Assembly (NCBI GenBank): GCA_963642615.1
Contig: CAVIHW010000003.1
Span: forward strand, 6,837 to 70,836
Length of the DNA: 64,000 nucleotides
Source: Oscillospiraceae bacterium
Lineage (GTDB): Bacteria; Bacillota; Clostridia; Lachnospirales; Lachnospiraceae
Reading direction: 5' to 3'
Each line of letters opens with the position of its first letter. The stretch's first letter is position 1. Below, piece after piece: positions 53,976-61,790 of this stretch. Under the pieces are notes generated by a model, which worked only from the letters and a program-made list of their open reading frames with translations, was not told where the DNA came from and ran no database searches. Made by a program: the position numbers and the translations under genes.

Positions 53976-55207
53976 ACATTAGTTATCAGCGGGAAATGAA
54001 ACGAAATTACCTGATCATTGAGGCCGAGGTGCAGGGTGAGGTGCCGTTTGAACAGATCATGATGGAACAGAATCCGATCGATGGGGTGCTCCATTTTCAG
54101 GTAAGGGAAAAAGATACGGATATCCGTTATTTTTACGAGATCACATCAAAACAGCCGTTGTCCCGTCTTCTGGAGGGACAGTCGATCCGTGCAGCCCAGA
54201 TCCGTGCGCTGGTGTGGGGGATCGCACAGGCACTCGATCATATGGAGGCATATCTGTTAAGTGAAAATAGTGTACTTTTAACCCCGGATTATCTGTATGT
54301 GGAGCCGGAAAACCTGAAAGTGTGGCTGTGCGTGATCCCCGGGCTGGAACGTGATTTTCCGGAAGATTACAGCCGCTTTCTGGAATATTTATTGGGAAAG
54401 GTCGATCATAAGGATAAAGAGTCTGTGGTTCTGGCCTATGGCCTGTATCAGGAAACCAGAAAAGAAAACTATGGTATGCGGGATATTCTCCGGCTCGCGC
54501 AGAAGCTTCAGGACGGAAATGACACAGAAAGGGATCCGGATATGGAGGATCAGCCGGGAGTGCAGCAGTCGTATGAAACCAATGAACCGGAAGAAACACT
54601 GCGAGTCAGTCAGACACAGGCAAATGCCGTGCGGGAAACGGGAAGCCTGTTTGGCCGCTGGAAACAGCGCAGGAAGGTGCGCAAAGAAGAAAAACAGCGC
54701 GAACTGGAACGAGAGATGCAGATGCCATGGGAGTCGATCTTTGCCGGGGAAACACAGTCGGACTATGGCACGGCTGTTTCCCGGCCAGAGGAAAAAGGCA
54801 GGGTGCGCGAAAATCCAAGCCATCCAGAAAAGCGAAACAGTGCACCTGTGGATTCCCGCGCAAAGCAGGGAAATGGCACGGTGCTTTTGAATCCCCAAAA
54901 GAATGATCATGGAACAGGAGTGCGAAAACTAAAGGCGTTAGATGCCGGTGAGACGGATATAGAGATCGCATATTATCCGTTTATTATAGGAAAGCAGGAA
55001 AATCTGGTAGATTATGTACTGGATCGCGAGACGGTCAGCCGTCTGCATCTGCGCATTGACCAGAAAGAAGAGCATTATTATGTGCAGGATCTGAATTCCA
55101 CAAACGGAACCGAAGTGGATGGCCGTATGCTGGAAAATAACGAAACAATTGAGATCCGGGAAGGAACTGATATAAGCATAGCAGGGATCCGATATCGGTT
55201 TTTATGA
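53972..55207 (+). CDS. FHA-domain protein with uncharacterised N-terminal domain
   Basis: ATGA overlap with the TadE-like gene, GGAGGATG RBS; C-terminal FHA (IGKQ...VSRLHLRI...VQDLNSTNGTEVDG). Confidence 0.8.
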   Translation: MNISYQREMKRNYLIIEAEVQGEVPFEQIMMEQNPIDGVLHFQVREKDTDIRYFYEITSKQPLSRLLEGQSIRAAQIRALVWGIAQALDHMEAYLLSENSVLLTPDYLYVEPENLKVWLCVIPGLERDFPEDYSRFLEYLLGKVDHKDKESVVLAYGLYQETRKENYGMRDILRLAQKLQDGNDTERDPDMEDQPGVQQSYETNEPEETLRVSQTQANAVRETGSLFGRWKQRRKVRKEEKQRELEREMQMPWESIFAGETQSDYGTAVSRPEEKGRVRENPSHPEKRNSAPVDSRAKQGNGTVLLNPQKNDHGTGVRKLKALDAGETDIEIAYYPFIIGKQENLVDYVLDRETVSRLHLRIDQKEEHYYVQDLNSTNGTEVDGRMLENNETIEIREGTDISIAGIRYRFL

Positions 55208-55334
55208 GTACCGGTAACAAAAACGGGGATTTTGTACATGGATTTTTCGGCTAAGACACAGTAAAATAGATCATGGAAACGGTTCGGCAGAATTGGAACG
55301 TATGCAATCTATCGTTGCACAGAACGGAGTTTAC

Positions 55335-55982
55335 ATGAACGAATATCAGAATCCTTATTATATGGTGCCGCAGCGTCGGCCCCGTGCCTGGGTGAACAAT
55401 ACGCTCATTGTTTTAAATATCCTGTATTTTCTTTATCTGGAGCTTTTGGGATCCACGGAAGATGCGTACTTTATGCTGGAGCATGGAGCGATGTACGGTC
55501 CGTTTATCCTGGAAAATCATGAGTATTACCGTCTTCTGACAGCCATGTTTATGCACTTTGGCATCAACCATATTGTGAATAACATGCTGGTTTTATTTGT
55601 GCTTGGAGATAATCTGGAGCGGGCACTGGGAAAGGTGAAGTATCTGCTCTTTTATCTGATCTGCGGAGTAGCAGCCAATGCAGTCTCGCTGCTGTTTGAA
55701 ATGCCGAAAAGTGACTGGTCAGTGGGAGCCGGAGCTTCCGGTGCTGTTTTTGGTGTAGTTGGCGGCCTGATCTATGTGGTGGCTGTCAACAAAGGCCGGC
55801 TGGAAGATTTAAATAGCAGACAGCTGGTTGTGATGGCTGCTTTTTCCCTGTATCTGGGATTTACCAGCACCGGAGTGGATAACACCGCCCACGTGGCAGG
55901 TCTGATCATCGGAATCATCCTGGCAGTCATTTTATACCGCAAACCAAAGCGTGCTTGCAGAGCGGATATTTGGAGTGTATAA
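55335..55982 (+). CDS. rhomboid-family intramembrane serine protease
   Basis: HFGINHIVNN, GASGAVFGVVGG (catalytic Ser) and AHVAGLIIG (catalytic His). Confidence 0.85.
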   Translation: MNEYQNPYYMVPQRRPRAWVNNTLIVLNILYFLYLELLGSTEDAYFMLEHGAMYGPFILENHEYYRLLTAMFMHFGINHIVNNMLVLFVLGDNLERALGKVKYLLFYLICGVAANAVSLLFEMPKSDWSVGAGASGAVFGVVGGLIYVVAVNKGRLEDLNSRQLVVMAAFSLYLGFTSTGVDNTAHVAGLIIGIILAVILYRKPKRACRADIWSV

Positions 55983-56114
55983 TGTGAGATAAGCAATGAA
56001 CAGTGCTGAAAACAGGCAGAACGCAATGGCGGTGCTTGCACAAGCCGTTGCAGAAGGCGAGGTTTTGACAGGGCGAAAGCCCGCCTGTGAAAGACCGAAT
56101 GGAGGAAACGAACA

Positions 56115-56531
56115 ATGCGAGACGACAACTGTATTTTTTGTAAGATTGCAAACGGCGAGATCCCGTCTGCAACCGTATATGAGGATGATGATTTCCGTGC
56201 GATCCTGGATCTGGGTCCGGCAGCCAAGGGTCATACCCTGATTCTTCCAAAGAATCATTATAAGGATCTGTGCGAGGCAGATGAGAATGTTATGGCAAAG
56301 ATCCTGCCGCTTGCCGCAAAGATTGGAACATCCATGAAGAGCCGGCTTGGCGCAAGCGGATTTAATGTGGTTCAAAACAATGGAACCAGTGCGGGTCAGA
56401 CCGTGTTCCATCTGCATGTGCATGTGATTCCGCGTTATGAGGGTGGTCCGGACATGGTAAGCTGGGCACCGGGTAAAGCAGAACAGGATGAGCTGGCGCA
56501 GACGGCAGAAACGCTGAAGGCAGGACTGTAA
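56115..56531 (+). CDS. HIT-family (histidine triad) nucleotide hydrolase/transferase
   Basis: CIFCKI... and HLHVHVIP triad. Confidence 0.9.
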   Translation: MRDDNCIFCKIANGEIPSATVYEDDDFRAILDLGPAAKGHTLILPKNHYKDLCEADENVMAKILPLAAKIGTSMKSRLGASGFNVVQNNGTSAGQTVFHLHVHVIPRYEGGPDMVSWAPGKAEQDELAQTAETLKAGL

Positions 56532-56583
56532 GGCAGCAGCTGTAAGAGCAACGGAAATAAAACGGACAGCTGCAAAAACAGTG

Positions 56584-56630
56584 AAAAGGGCATGGTACAG
56601 ACGGAAGATGCTGTACCGTGCCCTTTTTGC
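56584..56630 (+). terminator. intrinsic terminator after the HIT gene (convergent with murG)
   Basis: 15-bp stem AAGGGCATGGTACAG / CTGTACCGTGCCCTT (one G-U on the plus strand) plus T-run. Confidence 0.65.
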
Positions 56631-56644
56631 TGTTGCATAGATGT

Positions 56645-57727
56645 CTATTGATCTGCTTCTTCTTTTTCCGCATAGGAAGCGATCAGTCCGATCACGATGC
56701 TTACAGCATCGGACAGATCACTCTGTTCCATGGCATCAAGAAAGGCCTTGCGGTTTTCGTAAGTGTTCTCAATGGCGCTATACAGGGTGTCATCTGTAAC
56801 ATTTTCTTCTTCGAGAACGGTGGAGAAGCCCTGTTTTTCAAAGGACCTTGCATTTAAGATCTGGTCACCGCGGCTGGCTGCAGCAGAAAGCGGGATCAGG
56901 ACGTTTGGTTTTCTGAGCGCCAGGATCTCGCAGATGGAGTTTGCGCCTGCGCGGGACAGAACAAGGTCGGCAGCTGCAAACAGATGGCGCAGAGGTGCAT
57001 CCACATATTCGTACTGTACATAACCGGTACGTCCGATGAGACTGTCGTCTAAGTGACCTTTTCCACAGATATGGATCACCTGGTATTTCTCAAGAAGCTT
57101 TGGAAGCAGCGAACGAACGGCATTGTTGACGGCAACTGCTCCTAAGCTTCCGCCAATGACCATGATGATTGGTTTATCTGCGGAAAGTCCGGTATAACTG
57201 AGTCCGGTCATGCGGTCGCCCTGAAGCAGCTCGCGCCGGATGGGGGAACCGGTAAGCACTGCCTTGTCCTGCGGCAGATACTGTAAGGTCTCCGGAAAGT
57301 TGCAGCAGACCTTGGCAGCAGATGGGATGCAGATCTTGTTGGCGAGTCCCGGAGTCATGTCAGACTCATGGATGATGGTCGGGATCTTAAAGTGTTTTGC
57401 AGCCAGGACCACAGGTACAGCCACAAAGCCGCCCTTGGAAAATACGACATCCGGGCGATATTTCTTTAAGAGAGCGCGAGCCTCTGCATAGCCCTTGATC
57501 ACGCGGAAAGGATCGGAAAAATTTTTCAGATCAAAATAGCGGCGGAGCTTGCCGGATGAGATACCGTCATAAGAAATCCCGGCACCCTCGATCAGTTTTT
57601 TTTCGATGCCGTTGTAGGAGCCAATATAATGAACCTCGTAGCCGCGCTCCTGCAAAGACGGCAAAAGAGCCAGGTTCGGTGTAACGTGTCCGGCTGTACC
57701 GCCGCCGGTCAGAACGATTTTTTTCAT
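56645..57727 (-). CDS. murG: UDP-N-acetylglucosamine--N-acetylmuramyl-(pentapeptide) pyrophosphoryl-undecaprenol GlcNAc transferase
   Basis: GGGTAGHVTPNLAL glycine loop; 360 aa GT28. Confidence 0.9.
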   Translation of the reverse strand: MKKIVLTGGGTAGHVTPNLALLPSLQERGYEVHYIGSYNGIEKKLIEGAGISYDGISSGKLRRYFDLKNFSDPFRVIKGYAEARALLKKYRPDVVFSKGGFVAVPVVLAAKHFKIPTIIHESDMTPGLANKICIPSAAKVCCNFPETLQYLPQDKAVLTGSPIRRELLQGDRMTGLSYTGLSADKPIIMVIGGSLGAVAVNNAVRSLLPKLLEKYQVIHICGKGHLDDSLIGRTGYVQYEYVDAPLRHLFAAADLVLSRAGANSICEILALRKPNVLIPLSAAASRGDQILNARSFEKQGFSTVLEEENVTDDTLYSAIENTYENRKAFLDAMEQSDLSDAVSIVIGLIASYAEKEEADQ

Positions 57728-57912
57728 TATAGAAATACCTCCGGTTGGATGAGAGTAGATTGTATAAAAACATCTGTAATACTATAGTAACGGTCAGCGC
57801 CCAAATGTCAACCCCCGTTGCTTTTCCGGAAAAGATTTGTTAGACTGTTAAAGTCAGGCAGCTCCTGAAATAAGATCAAAAACGAATAATCAGAAAGCAG
57901 AGGAAATCATAT

Positions 57913-58605
57913 ATGTTAGGTATTATTGGAGCAATGAAGGCAGAAGTTGAGCAGTTAAAGCAGGAAATGGAACAGCCGGAGGTTGTGACCGTGGCAGGTA
58001 TGGAGTTTTACAAGGGAACGATCGGCGAAAAAGAGGTGGTTGTGGTCCAGTCCGGCATCGGCAAGGTCAGCGCAGCTTTGTGCGTGCAGATCTTAGCAGA
58101 CCGTTTCGGTGTAGACGGTGTAGTCAATACCGGTATTGCCGGTTCTTTGAAGGCCGAGATCAATATCGGTGATCTGGTGCTTTCCACCGATGCGATCCAG
58201 CACGATGTAGATGCAACCAACTTTGGCTACCCGTTAGGTGAGATCCCGCAGCTTGGAACCCTGACCTTTGAGGCAGATGAGCATTTGCGTGCGCTTGCAA
58301 AGAAGTGCTGCGAGGAGGTAAATCCGGATATCAGCGTTTATGAGGGCAGAGTCCTGACCGGTGACCAGTTTATTTGTGACAAGAACAAGAAGGAGTGGCT
58401 GAGCAAGACCTTCAACGGCTCCTGCACGGAGATGGAGGGTGCAGCGATTGCCCAGGCAGCTTACTTAAACAAGATTCCGTTTTTGATCGTGCGTGCGATC
58501 TCTGATAAGGCAGATGACAGTGCATCCATGGATTATCCGGAATTTGAACGTCAGGCTATCATCCACAGCACCAACCTGACGCGTGCGCTGATTTTATCTT
58601 ACTGA
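57913..58605 (+). CDS. mtnN: 5'-methylthioadenosine / S-adenosylhomocysteine nucleosidase
   Basis: MLGIIGAMKAEV..., TEMEGAAIAQ, VRAISD motifs. Confidence 0.9.
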   Translation: MLGIIGAMKAEVEQLKQEMEQPEVVTVAGMEFYKGTIGEKEVVVVQSGIGKVSAALCVQILADRFGVDGVVNTGIAGSLKAEINIGDLVLSTDAIQHDVDATNFGYPLGEIPQLGTLTFEADEHLRALAKKCCEEVNPDISVYEGRVLTGDQFICDKNKKEWLSKTFNGSCTEMEGAAIAQAAYLNKIPFLIVRAISDKADDSASMDYPEFERQAIIHSTNLTRALILSY

Positions 58606-58612
58606 TGTTGTC

Positions 58613-58879
58613 TTATTCTTCGATGACCTCGATCTCCAGATAATCAAAATCAATCTGTTCAATGAAACTGTCGCGCGTAAACCGTGTTTTGGCATGACGT
58701 TTAAAGTCATTGATATTGGAAGAAAGCCAGATCGGTTTTCCGAGATCAAATTCATAACAAAGTTCATCCAGAGACTGGAATACCATGCTGGTGCGGGACA
58801 TGCTGTAATCTGTCTGACAGATCACGCTGTCCCGGACAAGATGGTTGTCTTTCCAGATTTTTCCCCACATACGAAACAT
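58613..58879 (-). CDS. small conserved-looking cytoplasmic protein, unknown function
   Basis: 88 aa from ATG 58879 (AAGGGAG RBS 7 nt upstream); the ORF also opens at GTG 58903. Confidence 0.5.
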   Translation of the reverse strand: MFRMWGKIWKDNHLVRDSVICQTDYSMSRTSMVFQSLDELCYEFDLGKPIWLSSNINDFKRHAKTRFTRDSFIEQIDFDYLEIEVIEE

Positions 58880-58939
58880 AGCAGTTCTCCCTTCTTTTTT
58901 CACGAGATTTTGAAAAAATAACTAGCCTATTCACTTGTC

Positions 58940-59021
58940 TGCAAATCCGATTGCACAGTCCAAAAAGCCTCAGCGTAGCCCGCTACGCCTACGTTTTTTG
59001 AACTGCACACTCGAATCTGCA
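58940..59021 (-). other. 82-nt imperfect palindrome forming a long hairpin favoured on the minus-strand transcript
   Basis: Lower stem of 27 positions: 21 Watson-Crick, 5 A-C/C-A on the plus strand that become G-U on the minus strand, 1 true mismatch; apical GCGTAG/CTACGC stem. Confidence 0.45.
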
Positions 59022-59245
59022 TCCTGCGTGATTCGGCCAGTTATTTATGAAACGATACACTAGTTAAGAGTATACGTGATGATTTTCATTCTGTAAAGCC
59101 TTAAACCATTCGGTTACGCAACGCACGGACAGTAACGACATTTGCTTGTAGTTCCGGCCGGAATGTAGTACACTAGTTGAAGAACAAGGCTGGTCATGCG
59201 GCGCATGAACAGTAACAAGAATGCTTGCGAAGGAGGAAGACGGAT

Positions 59246-60340
59246 ATGGCACAGACTTTACAGGAATGTCTGGACTATCTGGCAGCAGCAAGGGAATCTG
59301 TGGATGAACTGTCGCTGGCAGCAGACCGGGAAACGCAATTAAAGCAGGATGAAGGCCGTCTGAAAAAGGAACTGGATGCAGAGAAGAAGCAGATGACAGA
59401 TGCAGTGGGTTCTACCGTAAAGAAGCGCAGGGATGACCTGACCTCCAGCTATGACACCGAGATCAATAAGGCACAGGAATTGCTTAAGAAGGCAAGAGTA
59501 AAGCGGGAAAAAGCGAAAAATCAGGGAATAAAAGAGCGTATTGCTGAGGAAACGTTGGAGCTTCGTGAATACAATAAGGAACTGGCCGGAAACATGAAAG
59601 CAAAGTTTCGGGAGTATCATGCTCCGTCATGGTGCAGGAGCCGGTTATACTACAGTCTTTACATGCCGCGCTGGGCGAAAGAATTTTTTGCCCTGCTGGT
59701 CTTTATCGGGCTGTTTTTCCTGGCACTGCCGTTTGGCATTTACGCACTGCTTTTGCAGCATCGGACATGGTATCTGGCGTTGATCTATGTTGCAGATATT
59801 CTGGTTGTGGGCGGCATTTATATGTGGATCGGCAATCATACGAAGCTTCAGTATGCAGAGTGCCTGCGTGCAGGCCGTCAGATCCTGGATCAGATGCATG
59901 CTAATGATAAAAAGATCAAAGTCATCACGGGAACCATCCGCAAGGATCGCAATGAATCCCTTTATAACCTGGAAAAGTATGATGATGAGATCGCACGGCT
60001 GAACCAGGAATTAAATGAGGTGGCTGCAAAGAAAAAAGAGGCATTGAATACGTTTGAAACGGTTACAAAGAACATTTTACAGGATGAGATCGAGCACGGT
60101 TACCGGGACAAGATCGAAAAGCTGGAGCGTGAGTATGAGGATGTAAAAAAGCAGCTTTTTCTTACCACAGCTGAGGTAAAATCCCGTCGTCTGACTCTGA
60201 CTGACCGTTATGGAAGTCACCTTGGAAAAGAGTTTCTGGATTCTTTTAAACTGCAGGATTTAAGCAACATCCTTTTGCAGGGACGTGCTTCCAATATCAG
60301 TGAAGCGATCAGTGTCTACCAGGAGGATGCACGAAAATAA
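59246..60340 (+). CDS. coiled-coil / two-TM / coiled-coil membrane protein, unknown function
   Basis: AGGAGGAAG RBS before ATG 59246; charged heptad-like N- and C-terminal regions flank helices FFALLVFIGLFFLALPFGIYALLL and YLALIYVADILVVGGIYMWI. Confidence 0.6.
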   Translation: MAQTLQECLDYLAAARESVDELSLAADRETQLKQDEGRLKKELDAEKKQMTDAVGSTVKKRRDDLTSSYDTEINKAQELLKKARVKREKAKNQGIKERIAEETLELREYNKELAGNMKAKFREYHAPSWCRSRLYYSLYMPRWAKEFFALLVFIGLFFLALPFGIYALLLQHRTWYLALIYVADILVVGGIYMWIGNHTKLQYAECLRAGRQILDQMHANDKKIKVITGTIRKDRNESLYNLEKYDDEIARLNQELNEVAAKKKEALNTFETVTKNILQDEIEHGYRDKIEKLEREYEDVKKQLFLTTAEVKSRRLTLTDRYGSHLGKEFLDSFKLQDLSNILLQGRASNISEAISVYQEDARK

Positions 60341-60476
60341 GGGTTGTTGTATCTTCCGGAAAAATGATGTATACTTACCCAAAAGCTGCCGCCCATGCAG
60401 TGCATGGACACAGATGCAAAAAACACAGGCAGGTCTGCCTGTTACAGGGACAGGAACACGTTAGGAGACAAGAGCA

Positions 60477-61745
60477 ATGAGTGATTTCAGCTCTATGAGC
60501 AGAGAAAGTAAGAAAGATAAGCTGCGCAGACAGATCGTAAGGCCGCAGCAGCCCGCATGGAATGCTCATCCGGAAGAAGACAGTGAGGAGGTAGTGCGCA
60601 GGGCGCATAACCGGGTTCTTCGCCACAAGTGGCTCCTTGTGCTTCTGGTGCTGCTTGTGATCGCAGCAGGCGCAGCTGCGTGGTTTTTTTACCAGCGCAA
60701 TTACCATTATGCCAGCTATGAAACCGTATGGCAGGTTGACTTAAATGAAGGAAGCCTGGTAGGCTATGAGGATTTCGGAACCAATGTTTTAAAATATACA
60801 AAGGACGGAGCGTCTTATCTGGATAACCGGGGACGCACGGTCTGGACGGAAAGTTATGAGATGAATTCCCCCATTATTTCGGTAAAGGGAGATTATGCAG
60901 CCATTGCGGATATGCAGGGCAACAGCATTTATATCTGCAATACTGACGGAACCCTGGGACAGGCTACAACGGTGCTTCCTATCAGCAAGGTGGCCGTATC
61001 CGGAACCGGTGTCACGGCTGCAGTGCTGGAGGATTCCACATCCAGTTACATTACGTTTTTCCAGAAGGATGGAACCTCTTTGGATATTACCGTAAAGACC
61101 AATATGTCGGGAGATGGTTATCCGTTAGATATCACGCTGTCGGATGACGGAACCCAGCTGATGTGTTCTTTTGTTTATCTCCAGGGCAGTGAATTAAAAA
61201 ACCGCGTAGTATTTTATGATTTTTCCGAGATCGGAAAAAATGTTCCCAACCGTCTGGTGGGTGGTTTTGATGATGAATTTCAGGGTGACATGGTGCCGAA
61301 GGTAACTTATATGGGAACTCCCTATTCCTGTGCTTTTTCGGGCAAGGCACTGACCTTTTTTTCATCCAGAAACCTGGCATCACCGGAGCTTCTGGTACAG
61401 AGAACGATCGAGGAGCGGATCGACAGTGTGTTTTATTCGGATGAATATGCAGCTGTCATCGTCCGCAATACCAATGGAGAATATGGAAGCCGCCTGGAGG
61501 TCTACAAAAAAGACGGCACCCATGTGCTGAGCAAGGAATTCAATTTCGAATATACACATGCAGATTTTGATGAAGATCTGATCATCCTGTACAATGAAGA
61601 TTCCTGCAGGATTTATAATATAAACGGGACAGAAAAATTTGATGCAACCTTTGATTTTCCTGTTTCCAGGATCAGAAAGGGACGGTTCCCGGGAACACTG
61701 GTGGTAACCGGACCGCAGCAGATGCGAGAACTGAAGCTGCGATAA
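60477..61745 (+). CDS. membrane-anchored protein with repetitive beta-rich ectodomain (DUF5711-like, from memory)
   Basis: Basic N-terminus, TM WLLVLLVLLVIAAGAAAWFFY, about 340-aa Gly/Asp/Thr-rich beta-type domain. Confidence 0.5.
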   Translation: MSDFSSMSRESKKDKLRRQIVRPQQPAWNAHPEEDSEEVVRRAHNRVLRHKWLLVLLVLLVIAAGAAAWFFYQRNYHYASYETVWQVDLNEGSLVGYEDFGTNVLKYTKDGASYLDNRGRTVWTESYEMNSPIISVKGDYAAIADMQGNSIYICNTDGTLGQATTVLPISKVAVSGTGVTAAVLEDSTSSYITFFQKDGTSLDITVKTNMSGDGYPLDITLSDDGTQLMCSFVYLQGSELKNRVVFYDFSEIGKNVPNRLVGGFDDEFQGDMVPKVTYMGTPYSCAFSGKALTFFSSRNLASPELLVQRTIEERIDSVFYSDEYAAVIVRNTNGEYGSRLEVYKKDGTHVLSKEFNFEYTHADFDEDLIILYNEDSCRIYNINGTEKFDATFDFPVSRIRKGRFPGTLVVTGPQQMRELKLR

Positions 61746-61790
61746 ACGATGAGCAATACAAACACTAAATAAATATCAGGAGGTTTTACA

